From Candidatus Tayloriibacteriota bacterium (GTDB lineage Bacteria > Patescibacteriota > Minisyncoccia > Phycocordibacterales > CAIZLB01), in contig VEQN01000004.1 in NCBI GenBank assembly GCA_018883165.1, positions 1-53,056 on the forward strand: a stretch of 53,056 nt of DNA, written 5' to 3'. A program made the position numbers and the translations under genes. This document shows, piece after piece, positions 8,434-19,197 of the stretch; position 1 is the stretch's first letter, and every line of letters begins with the position of its first letter. The notes under the pieces were generated by a model. The model worked only from the letters and a program-made list of their open reading frames with translations. It ran no database searches and had not been told where the DNA came from.

Positions 8434-10047
8434 TTATACCAACTTTATGAGCTCCAAAATGGTATCTTTAGCCACTTGAGGATTTACTGATCCTTTGGTG
8501 AGCTTCATAATCTGACCAACAAAGAATTGAATTGATGCTTCCTTCCCTGCTTTGTAGTCCGCGATAACGTTTGGGTTTGCAGCAAACAATTCCTCAATCA
8601 TTTTCTTCAGTGCTTCAGGATCGTTCTTTTGAATCATACCTCGTGCTTCTGCTATTTGTTTTGGAGTATTCTTTGAAACATCATCGATATCCACCTGCTC
8701 CACACTCCAATATAGTGCAATTAAATCTTTTGCACCTCGAGATGATAGTTCACCAGCAGAAATCATGTTAATGATTTCTGCGAATGCATCTTTTGATATT
8801 TGAATGAGATAAGATCCAGGTTCTCCCTTTTTATCTGTCACTGATTTCTTCACCAGACCAGCAATATCAGAAGTAATGTAGTTAATTGCTAACTTTATTT
8901 TCTCTGACTCGATTAATTTTTCAGCAACTTGTGTGAAAAAATTTCTAAACATTTCATTCTGCACAAACATCTCAGCATCTTCGTCTTTCATTGCGAAATC
9001 ATCTTTGTATGTCGCACGCATGTCCCAAGGAAGTTTTGGTAGTTGAATTGAATCTTTAGAGAACACTTCAGACACAATCAATTTTGGAAGATCTGGATCT
9101 GGGAAATATCGGTAATCGTGAGAATCTTCTTTTGCTCTCTGTGAAAATGTTTTACCAGTTGTCTCATCAAATCCCCTTGTTTCTTGGACTATTTTCAACC
9201 CTTTCTCTTTGAGAGTTGCGTCATCTGCACCCGAAGCACGAAGCTCCTCAGATCTTTCAAGAATATCAATATGTCTCTCTAGTTCATACTCAATTGCTCG
9301 TTCAACTGATTTGAATGAGTTCAGATTTTTAACTTCTACTTTTGTGCCGAAAGTTTTAAAGTCGTACGGTAACTCATGTGCTCTCGGGTTATCTGATACA
9401 GAAATATTTGCTTCAACTCGCATCTCTCCCTTTTCCATATTTGCTTCACCGGCTCCAAGTGTTCGAAGGAGTAGTTGTAATTCTTTTGCAAAATTCGCAG
9501 CAGTTTTTGCATCATGAATACAAGGCTCCGTTACAAGTTCCATGAGTGGAAGACCTGCTCGATTGAAATCAACCAAACTAAATGATCCTTTGTCATGACT
9601 TGAACTCGCTGTGTCTTCTTCAAGGTGAATTCTTGTCAGTCTTACAGTATGCATTCTAACTTGACCAGTCTCTGGATCGAGATCTTTAGGATCACCTTTT
9701 ACAACAAGTGATCCACCTTTTACAAGTGGATATGCATACTGACTGATCTGATACCCCTTTGGTATATCAGGATAGAAGTAGTTTTTTCGATCCCACTCAG
9801 TGTACTCTGCAATTTCAGATCCAAGCGATGTTCCAACCTTAATTACATGCTCGATAGCTTTTTTGTTCAATGTAGGCAGTGTCCCCGGATGACCCATACA
9901 AATGGCACAGATATTTGTATTCGGTTTTTCTTCATCGGGATTGTTTTTGCATGCACAAAACATTTTAGAGTTAGTCTTCAACTCGGCATGTATTTCAAGT
10001 CCAATTACTGGATAGTATTTTTTACCATTTGGTCGAGTGATGATCAT
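8434..10047 (-). CDS. gatB: Asp/Glu-tRNA amidotransferase subunit B
   Basis: IGLEIHAEL, RKNYFYPD, HLEED, DFNRAGLPLMELVT, EVKNLNSF and DYRYFPDPDL motifs. Confidence 0.97.
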   Translation of the reverse strand: MIITRPNGKKYYPVIGLEIHAELKTNSKMFCACKNNPDEEKPNTNICAICMGHPGTLPTLNKKAIEHVIKVGTSLGSEIAEYTEWDRKNYFYPDIPKGYQISQYAYPLVKGGSLVVKGDPKDLDPETGQVRMHTVRLTRIHLEEDTASSSHDKGSFSLVDFNRAGLPLMELVTEPCIHDAKTAANFAKELQLLLRTLGAGEANMEKGEMRVEANISVSDNPRAHELPYDFKTFGTKVEVKNLNSFKSVERAIEYELERHIDILERSEELRASGADDATLKEKGLKIVQETRGFDETTGKTFSQRAKEDSHDYRYFPDPDLPKLIVSEVFSKDSIQLPKLPWDMRATYKDDFAMKDEDAEMFVQNEMFRNFFTQVAEKLIESEKIKLAINYITSDIAGLVKKSVTDKKGEPGSYLIQISKDAFAEIINMISAGELSSRGAKDLIALYWSVEQVDIDDVSKNTPKQIAEARGMIQKNDPEALKKMIEELFAANPNVIADYKAGKEASIQFFVGQIMKLTKGSVNPQVAKDTILELIKLV

Positions 10048-11054
10048 ATATGCTGTGTTATATATTCGCTTAATCTTTTTAGTGAATCTATATCATATGC
10101 AGATACAGTGAGCATGTCTTTTGTTGATCCATCCTTGTTCTTCAGCACACCAGAGGATTCGAACAAGTCACGTATATCTGAAAGTAGACCATCGAGATCC
10201 TGCGGAGAGACAACATCAGTCTTTGTTATGACAATAACTTCTTTTTTATCTGCCATACCCTCATCGTACGATTCAAGTTCTGATCGAATCGTCTTGTATA
10301 CATCTAAAACATCTTTAGCAGTTCCATGCTCAAGTGAAATACAATGGAACAATGCTTTTGTTCTTCGTATGTGTCTTAAGAATTTATGACCAAGACCTTT
10401 ACCATCAGCAGCACCTTCTATGAGGCCTGGAATATCTGCAATTATCTTCCCGTACAGAGCACCGAGATTAGGTTCAAGTGTTGTGAATTCATACGCACCA
10501 ACTTTTACGTTTGCTTTTGTGAGAGCATTCAACAAAGAAGATTTGCCAGCATTTGGAAGGCCAACAAGTCCAACATCCGCAATGAGCTCTACTTCTATAT
10601 AGAAATCAGCTTCCTCACCATTTTTGCCCGGTGTCCACTCCTCAGGAGTTTGATTGGTCGGACCTTTAAATCTTTCGTTACCCATGCCACCATTACCCCC
10701 TTTAAGTATTAAAATCTCCTGACCCTCTTCGTCAATCCTAAACTCATCTCCGGTTGTTTTATTTTTAATAACAGATCCAACAGGAAGGTCAATGTACAGA
10801 CTCTCACCATTTGCTCCATGTTTACTACTATTACCTCCCGGCTGACCATTCTCTGCATTAAACTCACGTATATTCTTGTATCGAGCAAGGAGCATGGTAT
10901 CTCGTTTACCACGTACATATATATCCCCACCTCTACCACCATCACCTCCAGCGGGCCCACCGAACTCTTTAAATTTTTCATGCAACCATCGAACAACGCC
11001 GTTCCCACCTCGGCCTGCTCTCATATGCACCTCCATTTCGTCTATAAATGCCAT
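10044..11054 (-). CDS. obgE: GTPase ObgE/CgtA (start re-set to the ATG at 11054)
   Basis: MAFIDE...GRGGNG, GGDGGRGG, GLPNAGKSS, FTTLEP, DIPG and TKTD motifs. Stop overlaps the gatB start (ATGA). Confidence 0.96.
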   Translation of the reverse strand: MAFIDEMEVHMRAGRGGNGVVRWLHEKFKEFGGPAGGDGGRGGDIYVRGKRDTMLLARYKNIREFNAENGQPGGNSSKHGANGESLYIDLPVGSVIKNKTTGDEFRIDEEGQEILILKGGNGGMGNERFKGPTNQTPEEWTPGKNGEEADFYIEVELIADVGLVGLPNAGKSSLLNALTKANVKVGAYEFTTLEPNLGALYGKIIADIPGLIEGAADGKGLGHKFLRHIRRTKALFHCISLEHGTAKDVLDVYKTIRSELESYDEGMADKKEVIVITKTDVVSPQDLDGLLSDIRDLFESSGVLKNKDGSTKDMLTVSAYDIDSLKRLSEYITQHI

Positions 11055-11136
11055 AATATTACAAGAGACTATATCACGCGAAATCATTTTTCGCCATTTG
11101 CAGGGAAATCCCCTTTCTGCTACTATATTCCCATCG

Positions 11137-11364
11137 ATGGAAATTAAAACCATTCTACCTATTATTCAAATCGTCCTAGCCGTTTTAGTAACGGTGGCAA
11201 TTCTACTTCAGAAATCTGAAGCCGGTGCCGGAGGGGCGTTTGGTGGAAGTGACTCAGTATCTACCTGGAGAACACGACGAGGATTCGAGAAATTCCTCTT
11301 TGTATTCACTATTATCTTATCTGTACTATTTGTAGTAACAGCAGTAATAGCTCTCAATATCTAA
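11137..11364 (+). CDS. secG: Preprotein translocase subunit SecG
   Basis: 75 aa with two TM helices joined by LLQKSEAGAGGAFGGS...TRRGFEKFL. Confidence 0.92.
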   Translation: MEIKTILPIIQIVLAVLVTVAILLQKSEAGAGGAFGGSDSVSTWRTRRGFEKFLFVFTIILSVLFVVTAVIALNI

Positions 11365-11416
11365 GGTACTTTTCACAACATAATAATTAGGTAGAGGTTC
11401 ATTATTATTTACTTTA

Positions 11417-13138
11417 TTGAACGTGAAATCCCTAATCTCATCACTTAGACCTACCGAAAAACTTTTTTTCGGTATATGTGTTACCTTGATCGTACTAAGC
11501 GGTCTGTACATTCTTGACGCGCTTAACAAAAAATATTCTGTAGAGATGCCGATGTCTGGAGGAACATATACAGAAGGTATCGTCGGGTACGCAAGATTCA
11601 TAAACCCGGTACTCGCATTCTCAGATGCGGACAAAGACCTCATAACCCTCATATACTCAGGACTTCTTAAAGCTTCACCTGAAGGTAAGCTTGTGTCGGA
11701 TCTCGCTGAATCATGGAATGTCTCAGAAGATGGTCTAACATACACAGTTACACTGAAACCAAATCTTGTATTCCATGACAACTCACCCCTTACAACGGAT
11801 GATATTGAGTTCACAATCGAAAAGATGCGGGATCAAAACATCAAAAGTCCAAAAGCAGATATTTGGAATGGAGTAAAAGTGGAAAAAGTAAACGAACGAG
11901 AAATTAAATTCATACTTAAAAAATCATACGCACCTTTTCTTGAGAACCTAACATTTGGTGTACTTCCTAAACATGTCTGGAAAGATATTGAACCTCAAGC
12001 ATTCGATGTACATATACTTAACCGAGAACCAATTGGTTCAGGACCATACAAGATTAAAAAAGTTGATGTCGATACATCTGGCATATATCAATCATACAGA
12101 CTTGAATCATTTGAGAAATATGCGCTAAAAACTCCATATATTGATCAGGTAATTATCACATTCTTCAAGAATGAAGCCGATGCCCTCTCTGCATACAAGA
12201 GTGGTAATATTGATGCAATCGGAGGTATTTCTCCTGAAGCAGCTACGGAATTAAAAGAAGATGGTTACACAGTTACAGCAACTTCACTACCTCGTGTATT
12301 TGCACTCTTCTTGAATCAAAGTAGCGCACCAGTACTTACCAACAAGGAGGTACGAAAAGCATTGAATGAATCAGTCGATCGAAATCACCTCATTAATGAA
12401 GTCCTCAAAGGTTGGGGTTCACCGGAGCAAGGACCAATTCCAGAAGACCTTTACAATGAACCAATTCTAAGTGATGCGAGTGCGGCGACTGCTCAGCAGG
12501 CTCAGAGAATACAAGATACACAGAAGCAGCTGCTTGATAAAGGGTGGAAACTTGGAGCTGACAATGTACTTGTGAAAGAAACAAAGTCTGGTAAGAAAAC
12601 CGAAACAGTAAGACTCAGTTTCTCTATCTCAACTTCAAATATCCCAGAATTAAAGAAAACAGCTGAGATACTTAAAGACACATGGACAAAGCTTGGTGCA
12701 GATGTTACAGTACAAATATTCGAACCATCTGATTTGACCCAAAAGGTCATTCGCCCAAGAAAGTATGACTCTCTCCTCTTCGGAAATGTAATCGGACGAG
12801 ATCTTGATTTATACCCATTCTGGCACTCTTCTGAGAGAAATGATCCTGGCCTCAATATCGCCCTGTATACAAACATTAAGGCAGACAAAGCACTGGATAC
12901 ATTACGAACAGCCTCAGATGAATCGAAAAGAAAGGAAGCATTTGATGTGTTCAATGCGGAAGTGGCGAATGACATCCCTGCAATATTCCTTTACTCACCT
13001 GGATATATATATGCAACCAGTGATTCAGTAAAAAACATTCAACTGCAAAATATGACCTCAATATCAGAACGATTTATGAATATTGATAAGTGGTACATAC
13101 ACACAGAGAGAATTTGGAAAATTTTCGTACAAAATTAA
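11417..13138 (+). CDS. ABC transporter substrate-binding protein, family 5 (peptide/nickel), with N-terminal TM anchor
   Basis: IYSGLLK, DLAESW, FHDNSPLTTDDIEFT, PIGSGPY and VRKAL motifs; TTG start. Confidence 0.9.
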   Translation: MNVKSLISSLRPTEKLFFGICVTLIVLSGLYILDALNKKYSVEMPMSGGTYTEGIVGYARFINPVLAFSDADKDLITLIYSGLLKASPEGKLVSDLAESWNVSEDGLTYTVTLKPNLVFHDNSPLTTDDIEFTIEKMRDQNIKSPKADIWNGVKVEKVNEREIKFILKKSYAPFLENLTFGVLPKHVWKDIEPQAFDVHILNREPIGSGPYKIKKVDVDTSGIYQSYRLESFEKYALKTPYIDQVIITFFKNEADALSAYKSGNIDAIGGISPEAATELKEDGYTVTATSLPRVFALFLNQSSAPVLTNKEVRKALNESVDRNHLINEVLKGWGSPEQGPIPEDLYNEPILSDASAATAQQAQRIQDTQKQLLDKGWKLGADNVLVKETKSGKKTETVRLSFSISTSNIPELKKTAEILKDTWTKLGADVTVQIFEPSDLTQKVIRPRKYDSLLFGNVIGRDLDLYPFWHSSERNDPGLNIALYTNIKADKALDTLRTASDESKRKEAFDVFNAEVANDIPAIFLYSPGYIYATSDSVKNIQLQNMTSISERFMNIDKWYIHTERIWKIFVQN

Positions 13139-13159
13139 TTAACATATAACATTACACAC

Positions 13160-15172
13160 ATGAACAACAGAAGACCATTCCACGGCCGACCTAACACAAA
13201 CAGAAACGCTCAGCGTGGCGGATATGGAACGCCAAGACGAACAGATAACCGACCTCAGATTGAGGTACCGAGAGATACTCGACCTCCGATGACACAGGAA
13301 GATCAAGCTATTCAGCGGGCCGCTACCGGAGCACCACGTCCTATGGCACCGGCAAATACAGAGCCTAGACGACAAAGCAGCAACGGTGGAAATATGAGAA
13401 GAGGACGAATGATGAGACGACCAGAACCTCCACAAAAGAGACTCATCAACAATATGCCTAAGCCTGTTGAAACTGCACATATTCCAAATGTACAACCAGG
13501 AAACGTACGAATCATTCCACTTGGAGGTGTAGAGAAGATTGGAACAAACATGACTGCCATTGAAATGGGTGATGACATCATCGTCATCGATGCAGGATTC
13601 GGATTCAGCGATGAAGGAACTCCAGGTGTTGACTACATCCTCCCTAACACAAAATATCTCGAAGAGAGAAAATCAAAGGTTAAAGCAATCATCATCACAC
13701 ACGGTCACCTTGATCACATCGGAGGAATTCCATACATCATGGATCGAATTGGAAACCCACCAATGTATACTCGAAACCTTACATCACTCATGGTGAAGAA
13801 ACGACAGTCTGAATTCCCTCACCTTGATCCGATCGAATACAAGATTGTTGAAACAAACGACAGAATCAAGATTGGTGAAATGGTAGTTCAATTCTTCGGC
13901 GTAACACACAGTATCCCTGATTCAATCGGTGTTGCTGTTGAAACACCAGGTGGATACATCGTAAACCCAGGTGACTTCAAACTCGATCACGTCGATGGAG
14001 TTGTCACAAAAGAAGAAGAAGCTTTATATGATTTCTTCAAAGACAAGAAAGTACTCATGCTTCTTGGTGAATCAACAAACGTAGAAAACCCTGGCTTCTC
14101 TACCCCAGAAAGACTTGTGCACGAAAGTCTTGATCAAATTGTACGAGACATCAAAGGAAGACTCATTGTTGGAATGTTCGCATCACACTTCCATCGAATC
14201 GCAAAGATTGTTGAGTCATCTGAGAAGTATGGAAAGAAAGTTATCGTCGAGGGACGAAGTATGAAAAACAACATTGATATTGCAATCCAAGCAGGAGTAC
14301 TCAATGTAAAGAAAGGTACAATCATCGGGCCACATGAAGTAGACAACTACCCACCTGACAAGATTGTTATCCTCGCAACAGGTGCGCAAGGAGACGAATT
14401 CGCTGCACTTATGCGAATGTCACAAGGTACATACAAACACTTTAAGCTTAATGATCGAGACACAGTACTTCTCTCAGCATCTATTGTACCTGGAAATGAA
14501 CGAGCAGTGGATAAACTTAAAGACAATCTTGCTCGAATCGGTGTACATATTGTGCATTACCGAACATCTGAAATGTTCATCCACTCAACAGGTCACGCAA
14601 ACAGAGGTGAAATTGAATGGCTACATCGAAAATTGAAGCCAAAGTATTTAGTACCAATTCACGGCAACCATTACAAACTCAAGCTTCATGCTGAGCTTGC
14701 AATGCAGCTTGGTATGCCTGTACAGAATATTGTCATCCCAGACAACGGTACCATTATTGAGGTACAAGACTCTGGAGAAAAGCTTGTTCGACTAGCTGAA
14801 AAAGCCCCTGGAAACGTACTCATGGTGGATGGTTTTGCCATTAGTGACGTTCAGGATGTTGTAATTCGAGATCGACAACTTCTCTCACAAGATGGAATCT
14901 TCGTTGTGATTGGCCTCATCAACGCAGCCACAGGAAAACTTAAGAAATCTCCAGATATTATTTCTCGAGGATCGGTATATCTCCGAGAATCACAAGATCT
15001 CCTTCGAGAAACACGACATCTTGTGAAGCATGTAGTTGAAATGAACACTCAGAACATGCACCCTATCAATATCGATTACATTAAAGATGTAGTATCAGAA
15101 TCTCTTGCAAAGTTCCTGTTCCAACACACTGCAAAAAGACCAATCATTATTCCAGTAATGATTTGTATCTAA
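13160..15172 (+). CDS. rnj: Ribonuclease J with disordered N-terminal extension
   Basis: IIPLGGVEKIG, THGHLDHIGG, GDFK, ESTN, HSTGHA and PIHG motifs. Confidence 0.95.
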   Translation: MNNRRPFHGRPNTNRNAQRGGYGTPRRTDNRPQIEVPRDTRPPMTQEDQAIQRAATGAPRPMAPANTEPRRQSSNGGNMRRGRMMRRPEPPQKRLINNMPKPVETAHIPNVQPGNVRIIPLGGVEKIGTNMTAIEMGDDIIVIDAGFGFSDEGTPGVDYILPNTKYLEERKSKVKAIIITHGHLDHIGGIPYIMDRIGNPPMYTRNLTSLMVKKRQSEFPHLDPIEYKIVETNDRIKIGEMVVQFFGVTHSIPDSIGVAVETPGGYIVNPGDFKLDHVDGVVTKEEEALYDFFKDKKVLMLLGESTNVENPGFSTPERLVHESLDQIVRDIKGRLIVGMFASHFHRIAKIVESSEKYGKKVIVEGRSMKNNIDIAIQAGVLNVKKGTIIGPHEVDNYPPDKIVILATGAQGDEFAALMRMSQGTYKHFKLNDRDTVLLSASIVPGNERAVDKLKDNLARIGVHIVHYRTSEMFIHSTGHANRGEIEWLHRKLKPKYLVPIHGNHYKLKLHAELAMQLGMPVQNIVIPDNGTIIEVQDSGEKLVRLAEKAPGNVLMVDGFAISDVQDVVIRDRQLLSQDGIFVVIGLINAATGKLKKSPDIISRGSVYLRESQDLLRETRHLVKHVVEMNTQNMHPINIDYIKDVVSESLAKFLFQHTAKRPIIIPVMICI

Positions 15173-15188
15173 AGCTCAGGACACACAC

Positions 15189-15218
15189 AAAACAGGATAC
15201 CTCTCGGTATCCTGTTTT
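15189..15218 (+). terminator. Intrinsic terminator after rnj
   Basis: aaaacaggatacc-tctc-ggtatcctgtttt followed by T-rich sequence. Confidence 0.85.
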
Positions 15219-15259
15219 GTTTTGTACATAAATATGTAAATTATAGTAAAATACAACGT

Positions 15260-16456
15260 ATGGATAATATAATACGTGGATTTAAAAACATGAGAGAGAT
15301 ACTTCTCATTTTTGTATCTGTACTCATAGTTTCTTTTCATTTTTCTTCAGTATATTTCATCAACTCTTCATACCTCACGGGTATATTGAATGAAAAATTT
15401 GTTGGGTATTTATACACAGCCGGAGCATTCATAAATATCCTACTCTACTTAGGCCTCCCATACTTCCTTCGGAAGCAAGGGAATTTTAGATTAAGTATGT
15501 TGCTATTAATTCTTGAGGCAATTGCACTACTAGGTATTGCATTCGCTACGAGCCCAACACTGATTGTATTGTTATTCATACTACACTCAGCAGTAGGACC
15601 ACTACTTTTCTACACCCTCGATATCTTTCTAGAGCGTTTTGCTAGACCAGAGGATATGGGTAGCATGCGCGGAATATATCTTACGATGCAAAACATTCCA
15701 CCAATCATTACACCCTTCATTGCAGGCCTCATACTTACTCGCCCATCAAACTATTGGATCATTTACCTCATCGCGGCCGCATTCCTTGTCCCTTTAGCCA
15801 TAATACTTTTTTCATACTTCCGAAGTTTCAGAGACCAGGCGTATTACATCCTAGATTTGAAGGAGGCGGCAGCGCGTTTCTACAACAAGAAGAATGTATT
15901 TGATGTGTTCATCGATCATTGCCTCTTGCATCTCTTCTACGGTGTTACAGTTATATATCTACCAATATATCTCGCAGACCATATCGGTTTTAGTTGGAGC
16001 AGTATTGGTATCATTTTTAGTGTGATGCTTCTCCCTTTTGTCTTATTTCAAATTCCGATTGGAAACCTAGAGGACAAGTATCATGACGAAAAGCACGTAC
16101 TTGTTATTGGTTTCTACATCATGGCCGCAACATTTATGGTCATTCCTTTCGTTAAAGAAGCAAGTATTGTGGTATGGGCAACACTCTTGTTTACCAGCAG
16201 AATTGGTGCAAGTCTTGTGGAAGTCTCAAGCGAAAGCTACTTCTTCAAACATATTCACTCAGACAATGCAGGGTTTATCGGTTTCTTCCGAATGACAAGA
16301 TCTCTCCCTTTTTTCATTAGCCCCATTCTCATGACAATCGCTGTAACTTTCTTTGAATTCAAATACATCTTCCTGATTACAGGGTTACTAATGCTTCTGG
16401 GAGTACGATACACTCTCATGATCACTGACGATATGAAGAAACCTACTCAGCAGTAA
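15260..16456 (+). CDS. Major facilitator superfamily transporter
   Basis: About 12 hydrophobic segments in a 6+6 arrangement; GNLEDKY loop motif. Confidence 0.8.
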   Translation: MDNIIRGFKNMREILLIFVSVLIVSFHFSSVYFINSSYLTGILNEKFVGYLYTAGAFINILLYLGLPYFLRKQGNFRLSMLLLILEAIALLGIAFATSPTLIVLLFILHSAVGPLLFYTLDIFLERFARPEDMGSMRGIYLTMQNIPPIITPFIAGLILTRPSNYWIIYLIAAAFLVPLAIILFSYFRSFRDQAYYILDLKEAAARFYNKKNVFDVFIDHCLLHLFYGVTVIYLPIYLADHIGFSWSSIGIIFSVMLLPFVLFQIPIGNLEDKYHDEKHVLVIGFYIMAATFMVIPFVKEASIVVWATLLFTSRIGASLVEVSSESYFFKHIHSDNAGFIGFFRMTRSLPFFISPILMTIAVTFFEFKYIFLITGLLMLLGVRYTLMITDDMKKPTQQ

Positions 16457-17444
16457 TTCCAGCACAGGTATTAAATACCCTTGCCGTAACATTGTATTCA
16501 TCAATACTTTTCTTCAGGATAGCCAACTGTGAGTTATATTCAGCTACAATGGTATTGTACTCTGTTGCCTTGGCGGTATATGCATCACCTGTAAGCTGAT
16601 CTATTTCAGCTTTAAGTGCAGTGAGTCTCGCTTCTGTATATCCCAATGTCGTTTTCTCTGATTCTATTCGTTTCTTCAAATCATCATTAGGGAGTGCACA
16701 CGCAGAGAGCGGTTTACCGAAATGTTGTACGATGAGCCACTGTCTTTTTCCTTGATACATACCTTGTCCCACAGCAACTCCAATATCTCGGTACCTTGTA
16801 TCTAGAATATTCTTTTTGTGACCTGGGCTTGCCATCCACGCTGCGACAACCTGATCATCTCCTCCGAATATTCCGAGTGCTAAATTTTCACCCACAACGA
16901 TATATTCATACCCTGCCTTCTTTGCTACATCAGATACACTTTCACCTGATGGTGAGACGTGTTGAAAATATTGATTCTGAAACATGTCCTGCAATTTTGA
17001 TTCAGCGGCTTTAGAAAGTTTTGTATCGAGTGCAAGATATGGCAAACCGAGCTTCACTCGCTCTTTGTTTGTAAACGAGACGATACCAGATACAGAGAGT
17101 CTAACATCTGATGTTATTTGATTTGATACAACAGGAAGAAGATCATTTTTTGGTTGTACCCCTTGTGTATCACCCAACACGTTACTTGTTGTTGAGTTTG
17201 CATTAGTCACCGGACTACTAGTACCTGGAGTTGTAGTTCCTGTAGTAGGTATGTAGTTCTGGAGATCATTCAAGACTGTGGTTGAAGAAGCATTCAGAAT
17301 ACCTTTAAACTTTTCTTTGAAACTTGCAGCATATGGAGAATGTAGTGCATCAAATTTCTCAGGTAATTGTTTTAGCGGTTCTTGGAAATAGAACAAAGTG
17401 CCAAAGACAACGAGCAATATGAGGGCGGGACGGATAATAAACAT
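16443..17444 (-). CDS. CAP/SCP-domain protein with N-terminal TM and C-terminal coiled coil
   Basis: TNKER...LSKAAESK...YFQH...GENLA...WMASPGHKKNIL...DIGVAV. Confidence 0.88.
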   Translation of the reverse strand: MFIIRPALILLVVFGTLFYFQEPLKQLPEKFDALHSPYAASFKEKFKGILNASSTTVLNDLQNYIPTTGTTTPGTSSPVTNANSTTSNVLGDTQGVQPKNDLLPVVSNQITSDVRLSVSGIVSFTNKERVKLGLPYLALDTKLSKAAESKLQDMFQNQYFQHVSPSGESVSDVAKKAGYEYIVVGENLALGIFGGDDQVVAAWMASPGHKKNILDTRYRDIGVAVGQGMYQGKRQWLIVQHFGKPLSACALPNDDLKKRIESEKTTLGYTEARLTALKAEIDQLTGDAYTAKATEYNTIVAEYNSQLAILKKSIDEYNVTARVFNTCAGITAE

Positions 17445-17523
17445 AGTGGATATATTCTAGGCTAAATACCATTGTTTTTCCAGTACCTACAAAATAGAAT
17501 ACGAAGTCTGTAAATGTCTATAC

Positions 17524-18531
17524 CTATACCTGCTTAATCTGCGCAATCCGAAGTAGTGCAAACAAGACACTAAGTACAAGTGGACCGATAAGGAAGCCTT
17601 CTGGGCCAAAGAACTGGAGACCTCCAAGGATTGAGAACAGAATCAATAGCGGATGGACATTCACACCCTTGTTGATGATAAATGGGGACAGGAAGTTATC
17701 AATAAGCCCAACGAGTAGTACTGACCAGACCAGTTGTCCAATCCACATCCCTGCGCCACCATAGAAATACAGATAGATTACTGCAGGAATCCACACGAGC
17801 GCAGTACCAACACCTGGGACTAATGCAGCTACTGCGGCAATACTTCCCCATAATGCAAAGTTAGGCACACCGAATATTATAAATCCAATACCAGTTAGTA
17901 AACCCTGTGCGAGTGCAACAACTAAAGATCCGAACAATACTGAATTGATTGCAGATTTTACAGAATCAATCAATAGTTTGTCTTTGTCATCTGCAAGTGG
18001 GCTTAGTACTAATAATTTTTCTTTAAAGTATGCACCATCTCTGAGGAAATAGAATAGTGCAATGAGTGACAACAATGCTTTCACTACAAGATCTAATGTT
18101 CCTGAAAATATCCCTCCTAGTTTATCTACTACAAATGAACTAAACCCTGTAAGGTATTCTCTTATGTTCAACTTAAAATCAGGTACATATCGCTGAATAT
18201 AGTGTTCAGCAGTATTTGTAATCGTATCTACAGATACCGTTCCACCTGTAGTTAACTTTGTATACATACCCTGTGCTTCAGAGAATATCTGGTTACCCAA
18301 AAATACCACCGGAAGACCAATCAACACAACAAGAAGCAGAACCATTGTTCCTGCAGTAACACTTGGAGATTTGAGGAGGTTTAGTAGACGTACATACACG
18401 GGATACAAGATGACTGCAACCATACCTGATATTGCAAGTGCAATTAGGAATGGCCAAAAGATAAGTACAGACACCACAAGTGTAAGCACTAGTACTGTGG
18501 TAAAAAAGATGATTTGAAATTTAGTGTTCAT
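17524..18531 (-). CDS. AI-2E (PerM/UPF0118) family transporter
   Basis: LFYFLRDG, IPGVGTALVW-like, DNFLSP and HPLLILFSILGG...FG..G..IGP motifs. Confidence 0.9.
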   Translation of the reverse strand: MNTKFQIIFFTTVLVLTLVVSVLIFWPFLIALAISGMVAVILYPVYVRLLNLLKSPSVTAGTMVLLLVVLIGLPVVFLGNQIFSEAQGMYTKLTTGGTVSVDTITNTAEHYIQRYVPDFKLNIREYLTGFSSFVVDKLGGIFSGTLDLVVKALLSLIALFYFLRDGAYFKEKLLVLSPLADDKDKLLIDSVKSAINSVLFGSLVVALAQGLLTGIGFIIFGVPNFALWGSIAAVAALVPGVGTALVWIPAVIYLYFYGGAGMWIGQLVWSVLLVGLIDNFLSPFIINKGVNVHPLLILFSILGGLQFFGPEGFLIGPLVLSVLFALLRIAQIKQV

Positions 18532-18532
18532 A

Positions 18533-19093
18533 TTATTTCTTTGCGATTAATTTAAGAAACTCTTTCTCAGTAATGATATCCTTCCCTGTTATTCTATCAA
18601 GATATACGATTCCGTCTAAGTGATCATACTCATGCTGAAACACTCGTGCAAGAAAATTACTGAATTTAGTTTTAACCTTCTTTCCCTCAAGGTTTGTATA
18701 CTCCACTTCAATATGTACATGCCTTGGAGTATTACCCATGATTCCAGGGATTGAGAGGCACCCTTCATAGCCCTTTTTCATCTGTGTAGACGCCTTCACG
18801 ATCTTTGGATTTATAATCGCTTCAGGACCAAAGATGGGCATATCAGGTCTTCTTTGTGTTGGTCTCTGCCAGATAACAAACATTCGTTTCGATATACCAA
18901 CCTGCGGAGCTGCGAGCCCTACACCCTTTTCCTTCTCGCATGTAGAAATCATACCCTTAACCAACTTCTTCATAACTGGACCCACTAACTCCTTCGTACT
19001 CACTGGTTTTGCTTTTTTTCTGAGGATATCCTGACCAAGAAGTAGTACCGGTAGAGGCTTTACCTTTTGTGATTTCGTTTTCGTACGACTCAT
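18533..19093 (-). CDS. def: Peptide deformylase (start re-set to 19093)
   Basis: All three signature motifs are present: GVGLAAPQVG, EGCLS, QHEYDHLDG. Confidence 0.95.
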   Translation of the reverse strand: MSRTKTKSQKVKPLPVLLLGQDILRKKAKPVSTKELVGPVMKKLVKGMISTCEKEKGVGLAAPQVGISKRMFVIWQRPTQRRPDMPIFGPEAIINPKIVKASTQMKKGYEGCLSIPGIMGNTPRHVHIEVEYTNLEGKKVKTKFSNFLARVFQHEYDHLDGIVYLDRITGKDIITEKEFLKLIAKK

Positions 19094-19197
19094 ATGTATC
19101 CTAAGTGTACAGACATGTATCATAATTGCAATATTCCAAAATATGATATATATTCCGTCCAAGTACGCTGTTTGAAAACCCAAAACCAATTCAATGT

